Of a DNA stretch of 32,000 nt, positions 8,274 to 16,336 are shown in pieces. The position numbers were made by a program, and so were the translations under genes. Position 1 is the first letter of the stretch. The number at the start of each line of letters is the position of its first letter. Under the pieces are notes generated by a model. The model worked only from the letters and a program-made list of their open reading frames with translations. It made no database searches and had not been told where the DNA came from. This stretch comes from Vibrio vulnificus CMCP6. Lineage in GTDB: Bacteria > Pseudomonadota > Gammaproteobacteria > Enterobacterales > Vibrionaceae. Location: NCBI RefSeq assembly GCF_000039765.1, contig NC_004460.2, positions 780,001 to 812,000 of the forward strand, written 5' to 3'.

Positions 8274-9406
8274 CCATACATGCTATTGCAGCCAAACGAA
8301 TATTTGATGGCGTCCGTTTTCATCACGACGCCGCTCTGGTTTGGCAGGGACAACATATTATGGGTTTGGTGCCTCGCCATCAATTGAGCCTAGACGTCAT
8401 CACTTACGATTACCCTGATGCCACTCTCACACCAGGTTTTATTGATCTTCAAGTCAACGGCGGTGGCGGCGTGATGTTTAATACCCAAACGGACATCGTT
8501 GCCATGGAACAAATTTGTCATGGTCACCGAAAGCATGGCACTGCACATTTACTGCCGACGTTAATCAGCGACACGCCCGCACAACTCAAACGTGCACTAA
8601 AAGCGGCGGAGGCGGCGCTCAACGACAAGATACCAGGCGTGCTTGGCGTTCATCTTGAGGGGCCATGGCTAAACTCCGAGAAAAAAGGGGCTCACAATAA
8701 CGAGCTCTTTTACGCCCCCACAATTGCTGAGCTTGAAACCTTTCCTTGGCCAGAGAAAGCGAAAGTGCTCATCACATTGGCACCAGAACAAATTGAAGCG
8801 GGGGTCCTTCAGTGGCTCCATCAACAAGATATTGCTCTCTTCTGTGGCCATAGTAACGCCCGGTATGAGCAATTAACCTCAAAACTGCGGTACCTTCACG
8901 GCTTTACTCACCTTTACAACGCGATGTCCCCTTTTGAAGGTCGTGAACCGGGTGTCGTTGGTACGGCACTCATGGCCGATAATCAATGGTGCTCTATTAT
9001 TGCCGATGGCATACATGTTCATCCACAAAGTGTGTTGCTTGCTCAACGCATTAAACCGCATGGAAAATTGCTGCTTGTTACCGATGCCATGGCGACCGTG
9101 GGCAGTGAGAAGAACTTCTTCGAACTGAATGGCGAAACCATTCAAGTGGTAGATAATGCACTCGTCAACGGCAATGGTAATTTGGCTGGTGCTCACATCG
9201 GCATGGATCAGTCGGTCATCAATCTGATTGAGTGGGGTGTCGCTGAGGAAGAGGCGCTGCGCATGGCATCAACCTATCCCGCAGAGGCCATCGGCTTAAC
9301 CGACTTGGGGTATCTTCGTCCAGATTACCGTGCCAGCGTCACGATTTTACGTGATGACTACAGCACGCAAGCCGTATTGGTTGATGGCACGCTCTTTGAG
9401 CAATAA
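8270..9406 (+). CDS. nagA: N-acetylglucosamine-6-phosphate deacetylase
   Basis: 378-aa amidohydrolase with motifs GFIDLQVNGGGG, HLEGPW and CGHSNA. An ATGA overlap links it to the nanK stop. Confidence 0.85.
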   Translation: MTIHAIAAKRIFDGVRFHHDAALVWQGQHIMGLVPRHQLSLDVITYDYPDATLTPGFIDLQVNGGGGVMFNTQTDIVAMEQICHGHRKHGTAHLLPTLISDTPAQLKRALKAAEAALNDKIPGVLGVHLEGPWLNSEKKGAHNNELFYAPTIAELETFPWPEKAKVLITLAPEQIEAGVLQWLHQQDIALFCGHSNARYEQLTSKLRYLHGFTHLYNAMSPFEGREPGVVGTALMADNQWCSIIADGIHVHPQSVLLAQRIKPHGKLLLVTDAMATVGSEKNFFELNGETIQVVDNALVNGNGNLAGAHIGMDQSVINLIEWGVAEEEALRMASTYPAEAIGLTDLGYLRPDYRASVTILRDDYSTQAVLVDGTLFEQ

Positions 9407-9548
9407 CTGCTATTCACCAAATGAACCAATACCGTTGCCGCTGAGGAAAACCGCAGAGACATCGGTATTGAGCATTTGACCACGAGCAGAACGGAACTCG
9501 TGTCCCCAATCATCGCTTTGGTGCAACCTATCGATGCACTAGTGTTTG

Positions 9549-11213
9549 TCACCAATCCATAGTTTGTAGAAATCGCTGTAGCCCTGTTTTACGCACTTGA
9601 ATACCTTGGACTTGCTGGGCTTTAGTGATCTCTTCTCGCCCGACAAACAAAGGTAAACAACGGTGGTCTTGGTACAACGCTCGCTCAATAGTTTGTAGTA
9701 AAGGCAAAGGTTCAGTCTGCCCCACGGCCAACGCAATCTCTGCTTTGTGCGATTGCCACTGCTCTTGATTGAGTGCAAAGCGAAGGCCCGATGCGATAAG
9801 CAACCATTCGTACAACCCGTATTCAAGAGGCGCTTCAATCACCTCCTCAATAAACAATACGTCAGCGATGTCGCGTACGCTTTCGGGTCTACTGATTTCT
9901 GTTAGCTCAACGACGTCTAGTTCCAATCCGGTTGAGCGAATCGTCTCATGCAGCCACGCAGCAATATCGGCGAGATATGGGATGGTCCATTTGGGCTCTG
10001 CCAGTACTAATCTGCCAGACAAACAAGGAGGCGCGATCAAATCCGCCTTTTGTAACCGTGATTGACGAGCAGACAGCTGGAAATCGATACCATCAACCGC
10101 GTTTTGCCGATCAAAATACACTTTGGCTCGCTCAAGAAAATGATATAACTGTTGCCATGTGTCTGATGAGATGCCACTTTGTTGACGACGATGGTAGGTT
10201 AAGTACGAGAAAGCACTAATTTGAGTGACCTCTTTATCACCCTCTTCATTATTGAAACTCATCGCGTTGAACAGAGACTCTTGAGCGTGGGACAGCGTTA
10301 TTTTGTGCAATAGCGCTTTTTCTGCAAAATATTCGTTATGGCGCATCAAAATGAGTCGGTCGCGATTCCAACGCTCGATACGAAACGGTCCGGTACCAAC
10401 AAAATAGCAATGGCTCTGATCGCACTTAACAGAGTCAGGACAGACAATGGCAGAGTGAGGCATCGCAAGAAGATAAGGAAAAAGTTGATTCGCATGCCTT
10501 AGTGATATTTCAATTTGTGTCGCACTTTTCACCAAGACCTGTTCCATCTCTTCATACAGATGCAATACCGGCCCTTGTGAATGACTTAGTCGCTCTAGGC
10601 TCCACGCGACGTGTTGCGCAGAAAGTATTTTTCCATCATGACGCACAATATCGGGCCTTAACCATATGTGCAGTTTTCTTCCTTCAATGTGCCAAGCGTG
10701 CGCAAGTGAAGGTTTCAATTCTCCGTATTCATCTTGTTTAAACAAGGTATCGTATACGCTTTTGATCACCTGTAGCTCCGCCAAACGCATGGTGCAAAGT
10801 GGATCTAGCGTATCAACCCAAGGATATTGGGTTACCAATAATTGATTATTCTCTTCATTCGTTTGATTTTGTCTTTCTGTCGCTTGTGTCAGAGCGCGAA
10901 TCGTGGCTTGACCATAGATCTCAAGCAAACGGGTGATGAGTGCAAATCGACCATGCTTTAACTCTTCTGCTATGACATCACACAATGCCTCATCAAATGA
11001 AGAAACCACTTTTAGTTGGCTTGTGCGACTGCGGCCGACTGAAGGTTGCCACTCAATCCATCCCGATCCAGAAAGGTTCTTCATCACAATGGAGGTGTTT
11101 CTTCTTGAAGTCGACAGTGTTTTTTCCAAGTCGTCGATATTGACAGAGTGACAGGTGTACAACTCATATCGCGACAACAGCTGATGAAATCGTCTTAAAT
11201 TTATTTCGCTCAC
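9549..11213 (-). CDS. SgrR-family transcriptional regulator (N-terminal winged HTH plus a family-5 solute-binding-like domain)
   Basis: 554 aa. The N-terminus (LRRFHQLLSRYE...TLSTSRRNTSIVMKNLSGSGWIEWQPSVGRSRTSQL) is typical of SgrR-type HTH domains. The large C-terminal domain and overall length match E. coli SgrR (about 551 aa). Confidence 0.7.
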   Translation of the reverse strand: MSEINLRRFHQLLSRYELYTCHSVNIDDLEKTLSTSRRNTSIVMKNLSGSGWIEWQPSVGRSRTSQLKVVSSFDEALCDVIAEELKHGRFALITRLLEIYGQATIRALTQATERQNQTNEENNQLLVTQYPWVDTLDPLCTMRLAELQVIKSVYDTLFKQDEYGELKPSLAHAWHIEGRKLHIWLRPDIVRHDGKILSAQHVAWSLERLSHSQGPVLHLYEEMEQVLVKSATQIEISLRHANQLFPYLLAMPHSAIVCPDSVKCDQSHCYFVGTGPFRIERWNRDRLILMRHNEYFAEKALLHKITLSHAQESLFNAMSFNNEEGDKEVTQISAFSYLTYHRRQQSGISSDTWQQLYHFLERAKVYFDRQNAVDGIDFQLSARQSRLQKADLIAPPCLSGRLVLAEPKWTIPYLADIAAWLHETIRSTGLELDVVELTEISRPESVRDIADVLFIEEVIEAPLEYGLYEWLLIASGLRFALNQEQWQSHKAEIALAVGQTEPLPLLQTIERALYQDHRCLPLFVGREEITKAQQVQGIQVRKTGLQRFLQTMDW

Positions 11214-11602
11214 AATAGCTTTTTATGTTTTGCCAATGGATGAAAGATGACCATAAAGCCAGTCAGTGTCTGCTCCCACTTTATGCAGACTCATCAAAAC
11301 ATTGGGTAATTTATAGTTATTAAAATAGCACAGAGACTCTAACTAGATGGAGCCTCTGTGAAAGTGGGTACGGTAGATAATAGCTGTCCCCTACAGTAAG
11401 AACATTGATCGACTAGCGTCTTTGTTCAAAAAGAAAAGCCGTTTTACCCAAATCAGGTAAACACGTGTGCAGTGTCGCTCATTCGGAGCAACGAAAATAG
11501 GAATAATTAATAGAAAATAGTGCGCGTTTTATGCAGGTGCATATCAATGTAGAGTCATCAACCACCACAAAAGTGCTTGAGTGTCTTTCAAAGGTGACAA
11601 GC

Positions 11603-11640
11603 AGAAAAAGCGCACTGCTGGTTTTACATGCAGTGCGCTT
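11603..11640 (-). terminator. Rho-independent terminator after phaC
   Basis: An 11-bp stem, AAGCGCACTGC (11609-11619) with GCAGTGCGCTT (11630-11640). On the - strand it is followed by TTTTTC. It lies 16 nt after the phaC stop. Confidence 0.8.
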
Positions 11641-11655
11641 AGGTTGGAGCCAAGG

Positions 11656-13428
11656 TTATTCTGTAATCGGTAGTACCTGCTTGACATACTGTCCTGGAGC
11701 AATGTCGATAACCGGATTGGCTTCCGAGCCTTGACGGTAAGGAAGCACTTTTTCAGCCGGATTAAACTGCGTTAACCACTGATCCCAGTGTGTCCACCAA
11801 GAGCCTTCTTTATGCTGTGCATTGGAGAGCCACTCGTCGGCCGACTCATCGAGATTGTCGTTCACCCAGAAGCCGTACTTGTTCTTTGCCGGTGGGTTAA
11901 CAATACCCGCAATATGACCCGATTCACCTAGTACAAAGGTTTTATTGCCGCCCATATTAAGCGCGCCTCGATAAGTGCCTTGCCACAACGCGATATGGTC
12001 TTCTTTGGTTGAAATAAAGTAACTCGGTATACGGATCTTATCGAGATCAATCCAAACACCGCCAATTTTCACGCCTTTGTCTTGAACAAGTTTGTTGTTC
12101 AAATACAGCTCACGCAGCATAAAATTGTGGGTTGCCGCCGCCACATTGGTACTGTCGCTATTCCAATACAACAAATCAAAGTCAACAGGGCTGCTGCCTT
12201 TTAAGTAGTTGTCGACGTAATAGTTCCAGTAGAGGCTGTTTTCGCGTAGCAGACTGAACGTCACACTTAACGAACGACCATCCATGTAACCTTTGGCGTT
12301 ATTTTGCAGCTCAATGGCACTAATGATGGTGTCATTAATGTAAGCACCCACTTCGCCTGGTTGGGAGAAATCGAGTAGCGTTGTAAAGAAGGTCGCTGAC
12401 TTTATGCGCTTTTTCATGCGCTTCGCCGCATAGTAACCAACCGTACACGCCAATACAGTGCCACCAATGCAGTAACCCGCTGCGTTAATCTGCTCTTGAC
12501 CCGTAATTTCTTCAATCGCAGTCACAGCCTTGACGACCCCTTCGGTCACATAATCCCCGAACTCGACATTGGCTTGCGCTTTACCCGGGTTTTTCCACGA
12601 CATCATAAACACGCTGTGGCCTTGTTCTAGCAGCCAGCGAACCATGGAGTTTTTGGCCGTGAGATCAAGGATATAGTATTTATTAATGAAGGGAGGAACG
12701 ATCAAAAGCGGAGTGGCGTTCACTTGCTCTGTCAACGGACGATATTGAATCAATTCAAACAGATCATTTTGGAAAACGATGTCACCCGCCGTTGTCGCAA
12801 TGTCTTCACCAATGCGAAATGCATTGTTGTTGGTCATGCGAATTTTGAGAATGTCTGCGCTCGACTCAACGTCTTCTCTCAGCAGTTCCATCCCCGCGAG
12901 TAAGTTTTCACCATTTTTTTCGATCGTCAATTTCAACAACTCTGGGTTGGTCGCGATGAAGTTTGATGGAGAAAGTGCGTTAATGGCTTGACGAGAGAAA
13001 AAGCTAATGCGCTCTTTGGTTTTTTCATCCAGACCTTCTATAGCGTCAATGGTATCCATATAGGTCTTGCTGAATAAAAGGTAAGACTGTTTGATAAAGC
13101 TATACATAGCTTCGGACTGCCACGCTTCGTTTGAGAAACGCTTATCCCCTTTGTCCGCTTCAATGATACTTTGAGTATTGCCAGATAGTGCAACATTCTG
13201 CCAAATTTGCAGTTGTTGCTCCCACCACTGCGTTTGCAGTTGCAGAATGGCTTGTGGTTGATTCGCCGCTTTTTCAAAGAATTTCGCGGTATCCTCAAAG
13301 TTCACTTCTTGCATTGCCTTGTTTAAAGGAGAATTGACGGCTGCCTTGCCAACTTCAAAATCCTGCCACCACTGTTGATTGGTCTCTTGGAGCTTAACAA
13401 GATAGTCCGAAAAGAAGTGCTGTAACAT
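11656..13428 (-). CDS. phaC: Class I poly(3-hydroxyalkanoate) synthase
   Basis: 590 aa with the lipase-box-like active site GYCIGG and an alpha/beta-hydrolase core. It lies in an operon with thiolase, reductase and phasin genes. Confidence 0.9.
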   Translation of the reverse strand: MLQHFFSDYLVKLQETNQQWWQDFEVGKAAVNSPLNKAMQEVNFEDTAKFFEKAANQPQAILQLQTQWWEQQLQIWQNVALSGNTQSIIEADKGDKRFSNEAWQSEAMYSFIKQSYLLFSKTYMDTIDAIEGLDEKTKERISFFSRQAINALSPSNFIATNPELLKLTIEKNGENLLAGMELLREDVESSADILKIRMTNNNAFRIGEDIATTAGDIVFQNDLFELIQYRPLTEQVNATPLLIVPPFINKYYILDLTAKNSMVRWLLEQGHSVFMMSWKNPGKAQANVEFGDYVTEGVVKAVTAIEEITGQEQINAAGYCIGGTVLACTVGYYAAKRMKKRIKSATFFTTLLDFSQPGEVGAYINDTIISAIELQNNAKGYMDGRSLSVTFSLLRENSLYWNYYVDNYLKGSSPVDFDLLYWNSDSTNVAAATHNFMLRELYLNNKLVQDKGVKIGGVWIDLDKIRIPSYFISTKEDHIALWQGTYRGALNMGGNKTFVLGESGHIAGIVNPPAKNKYGFWVNDNLDESADEWLSNAQHKEGSWWTHWDQWLTQFNPAEKVLPYRQGSEANPVIDIAPGQYVKQVLPITE

Positions 13429-13447
13429 AATGGTACTCCCTGATTCG

Positions 13448-13475
13448 GAAAAAAACGCCGCCTAACTGGCGGCGT
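13448..13475 (-). terminator. Strong terminator-like hairpin between the phasin gene and phaC
   Basis: ACGCCGCC (13455-13462) pairs with GGCGGCGT (13468-13475) around loop TAACT. On the - strand it is followed by seven T residues. Only about 20 nt, including the GGGAG SD, separate the T-run from the phaC ATG. Confidence 0.75.
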
Positions 13476-13489
13476 AATAGTGGGACTAG

Positions 13490-13837
13490 TTACGCTGGGG
13501 TAACAGTCTTAAGGTTTTCCGAAGTTAGCTTCTCAACGTCGTCTTTGAACTCTTTAGCAATCGCTTGAAGTTTATTGCTGTCGTCTAGCATCTGCTGAGA
13601 AAGCTTAGTCAGTACATTCAGTTGTTGACCGTTAAAAGAAGCCAATGACGTCACATCTTTCACTTCAGATGCCGCTTTCATTTGCGCTAGACCCATTTCG
13701 CTGTATGTGCGAATCGCGTTTAGCTGAAGCTCTGTCAGTACTTCAACATTTTTTGTCACAAGCTTGTTGAACTTGAAGTATGGCTGAAGATTTTTTTCTG
13801 TTTGATCACTGAAAGTTTTGAAAAAATCCGTATACAT
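13490..13837 (-). CDS. phaP: Phasin (PHA granule-associated protein)
   Basis: 115-aa helical protein lacking Cys and Trp. Its N-terminus (MYTDFFKTFSDQTEKNLQPYFKFNKL) is phasin-like, and it sits between phaA and phaC. Confidence 0.75.
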   Translation of the reverse strand: MYTDFFKTFSDQTEKNLQPYFKFNKLVTKNVEVLTELQLNAIRTYSEMGLAQMKAASEVKDVTSLASFNGQQLNVLTKLSQQMLDDSNKLQAIAKEFKDDVEKLTSENLKTVTPA

Positions 13838-13877
13838 TGTGTGTCTCCTAACAATTGTAGATGTTGTTTAATCCGTA

Positions 13878-15086
13878 TTACTTAACTGCTTTCACAATCA
13901 CTGCCGTTCCCATACCGCCACCAACACATAGTGACGCAACGCCATACTGACCGTTTTGTTTTTGAAGCTCATGAATTAACGTCACGAGAATTCGGTTACC
14001 CGACGCACCTAGTGGATGCCCTAACGCGATTGCACCACCATTCGGGTTCGCTTTGTCTTGAATCGATGTCACTGGCACTTGGTGTTTATCGGCAAGCTGA
14101 TGAATCACGCCTAGTGCTTGTGCGGCAAAGGCTTCATTCAACTCATACACATCAATGTCTGCTGTATTCAGTTGTGCTTTTTCAAGCGCTTTGCTAACCG
14201 CCTCAACAGGACCTAAGCCCATGATTTTTGGGTCAAGGCCAGACTGTGCGTAACTCACCACTTCTGCGATAGGTTGCAAACCGTATTCTTTCACTGCTTG
14301 CTCGGATGCCAGAATGACGGCACTCGCCCCATCATTAATGCCAGAAGCATTGCCCGCAGTGACCGTGCCTTCTTTATCAAAGGCAGGGCGTAACCCTTTT
14401 AGCGCTTCAAGCGTTGCGTTGGCTTTTGGATATTCATCGGTATCAAACGTCACTGTTTGGCGACGTACGGTCACTTCAACGGGCACAATTTCGTCTTTAA
14501 ATTTGCCAGCTTCTATCGCCGCTACTGCTTTCTGTTGACTCGCCAATGCATATTCATCTTGCTGATCACGAGTAATGCCCACTTCTTTCGCGACATTTTC
14601 TGCTGTAACGCCCATATGGTATTGATTGAAAACATCAGTCAAACCATCAGCAATCAGCAAATCTTGCAGTGCCATATGGCCCATCTTGTTGCCATCACGA
14701 ACGTTTGCAGGTACTGTAAATGGGATTTGTGACATCACTTCGACACCAGCAGCAACCACCACTTTTGCGTCGCCACTGCGAATATGAGAAACGCCATCCA
14801 TGACGGTTTTCATGCCACTGCCACACACCATATTGAGGGTGTAAGCCGGAACTTCTGCTGGAATACCTGCTAGGATTGCGGCTTGACGGCCAATGCCCAT
14901 ACCTTGCGCAGCACTCACCACATTACCCACGATCACTTCATCAATCAGTGAAGCATCCACTTTGGCTTGTTCAATTGCACCTTTGATGGCAACAGATGCC
15001 AATTCTCCAGCTGCTACCGTTTTCAACGAGCCGCCAAAAGCGCCAATCGGGGTACGTTTGGCCGCAACAATAAATACTTTTTCCAT
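13878..15086 (-). CDS. phaA: Acetyl-CoA acetyltransferase (beta-ketothiolase)
   Basis: 402 aa with thiolase signatures: NMVCGSGMK (active-site Cys), NASGINDGA, GHPLGASG and CVGGGMG. Confidence 0.9.
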   Translation of the reverse strand: MEKVFIVAAKRTPIGAFGGSLKTVAAGELASVAIKGAIEQAKVDASLIDEVIVGNVVSAAQGMGIGRQAAILAGIPAEVPAYTLNMVCGSGMKTVMDGVSHIRSGDAKVVVAAGVEVMSQIPFTVPANVRDGNKMGHMALQDLLIADGLTDVFNQYHMGVTAENVAKEVGITRDQQDEYALASQQKAVAAIEAGKFKDEIVPVEVTVRRQTVTFDTDEYPKANATLEALKGLRPAFDKEGTVTAGNASGINDGASAVILASEQAVKEYGLQPIAEVVSYAQSGLDPKIMGLGPVEAVSKALEKAQLNTADIDVYELNEAFAAQALGVIHQLADKHQVPVTSIQDKANPNGGAIALGHPLGASGNRILVTLIHELQKQNGQYGVASLCVGGGMGTAVIVKAVK

Positions 15087-15098
15087 CTCAACATCCCT

Positions 15099-15838
15099 TT
15101 AATGCATGTATAAGCCGCCGTTTACCGACAGCGTTTCACCAGTAATGTATGCGCCTGCATCGCTCACCAAGAAAGCAACCGCTTTGGCGATTTCTTCTGG
15201 TGTTGCCAGTCTTTGCATAGGAATTTGAGATTTGATGCCTTCGAGCACTTCATCGCGCATTTGCTCGACCATCGGTGTAGCGGTGTAACCTGGAGCAACG
15301 ACATTGACCGTCACACCACTGCGGGCACCTTCGTAAGCGAGGGCTTTGGAAAAGCCGATCATGCCAGCTTTAGCCGCAGAATAGTTAGCTTGACCAAACT
15401 GACCTTTAAGGCCATTTACAGAAGAAATATTGATCACTCGACCCCCCCCTTTTTCGCACATGGCGGCAAAGAGCGGTTGAGTCACGTTGAACACACTGTT
15501 GAGGTTAGTATTAATGACATCAAACCAAGATTGCGGGGTCATTTTCTTAAACACCCCATCACGAGTAATACCGGCATTATTGACGACGACGTCGATCGTC
15601 CCCTCTTCTTCCAGTAACTTACTCAAGCGGTCGGCACACTCTTCTGTATTCGTCACATCCAGTTCAAATAAGCGGACCTGATCTTCTGTAAAGCCTTTTT
15701 CATTAAACCAATCTAACGCACATTGATGATTTCCCGTGTAATAAGTAGCAATAAACGGTAACCATTTTCAACAAGTTGGGAAGAAATTGCAGAACCAATC
15801 CCGCCTTTTGATCCAGTGATCAAAGCGACTTTTTTCAT
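15099..15838 (-). pseudogene. phaB: Acetoacetyl-CoA reductase (SDR family) with an apparent -1 frameshift near codon 28
   Basis: The ATG at 15838 encodes MKKVALITGSKGGIGSAISSQLVENGYRL (Rossmann TGxxxGIG motif). That frame then drifts to a stop at 15715..15713. The adjacent frame continues IATYYTGNHQCALDWFNEKGFTEDQVRLFELDVTNTEEC... into the 185-aa ORF, which carries YSAAKAG. One extra base near 15750-15755 restores a 246-aa protein. Confidence 0.8.
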
Positions 15839-15964
15839 CTAAGAACTCCATTCTTAACAGCAAAAAATTTAGCGCACATCCATTGGCAAATAATACCAAC
15901 TGACAAATTAAATATTATTCAATGTGTCTTCACTGACACTTATCTATATATTTAAGCTAACTTA

Positions 15965-15979
15965 GAAATGTGACATTTC
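15965..15979. promoter_or_regulatory. Perfect 15-bp palindrome about 134 bp upstream of the phaB start; candidate operator
   Basis: GAAATGT-G-ACATTTC, with 7-bp arms and a single central base. Confidence 0.3.
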
Positions 15980-16297
15980 AAATAAAATTTGAAAAATTGC
16001 GCATAAGGTTGAGCTAGATCCCATAAGGAATGAAATGTTATAAAAAGGTTAATGACGACGATAAGTATTTTAAAACAATAACTTACAACGACTCACTTTT
16101 GAGATATGCAATTGTAAGCATTTGTTAGGAAAGGGATTTTCTCTTTTTGCGTGTTACATAACAGATATGAACAGAAACTCAGACATTATACTTAAGTATA
16201 AATAAATCAATAAACACAGTGCTATTTAATGATAAACAACAAAATTAAGTTCTCTTTCATACTAATGGAACATATATATATTTCCATTTTTTTGCTC

Positions 16298-16332
16298 GCA
16301 TAAAATAAAAGCCACAATTATCTGTGGCTTTT
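16298..16332 (-). terminator. Rho-independent terminator after secF
   Basis: On the - strand, AAAGCCACA-GATAAT-TGTGGCTTT is followed by TATTTTAT. It starts immediately after the TAA at 16339..16337, which is the stop codon in the corrected secF frame. Confidence 0.75.
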
Positions 16333-16336
16333 ATTT

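Noticed and set aside
9407-9548. Small ORFs (9358-9555 and 9539-9838) and a long-loop inverted repeat (CAATACCG...CGGTATTG) in the convergent gap between nagA and the SgrR-family gene.
   Set aside because: The ORFs overlap the ends of real genes on the wrong strand and have no start signals. The inverted repeat has a loop of about 29 nt and no T-run, so I do not call it a terminator.
15896-15904. CCAACTGAC, a 9-mer identical to part of the conserved core of Vibrio Qrr quorum-sensing sRNAs, with a nearby TTGGCA that resembles a sigma-54 -24 element.
   Set aside because: The match does not extend beyond 9 nt, and one chance hit of this length is plausible in 64 kb of two-strand sequence. The spacing and the -12 element (ACCA rather than TTGC) do not fit a sigma-54 promoter. 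No terminator hairpin follows.
16030-16128. A 32-aa ORF (MKCYKKVNDDDKYFKTITYNDSLLRYAIVSIC) and two 12-aa ORFs in the AT-rich gap upstream of the pha operon.
   Set aside because: The AAGGA sequence abuts the ATG with zero spacing. The other two ORFs have no SD. Short ORFs of this size are expected by chance, and there is no supporting signal.
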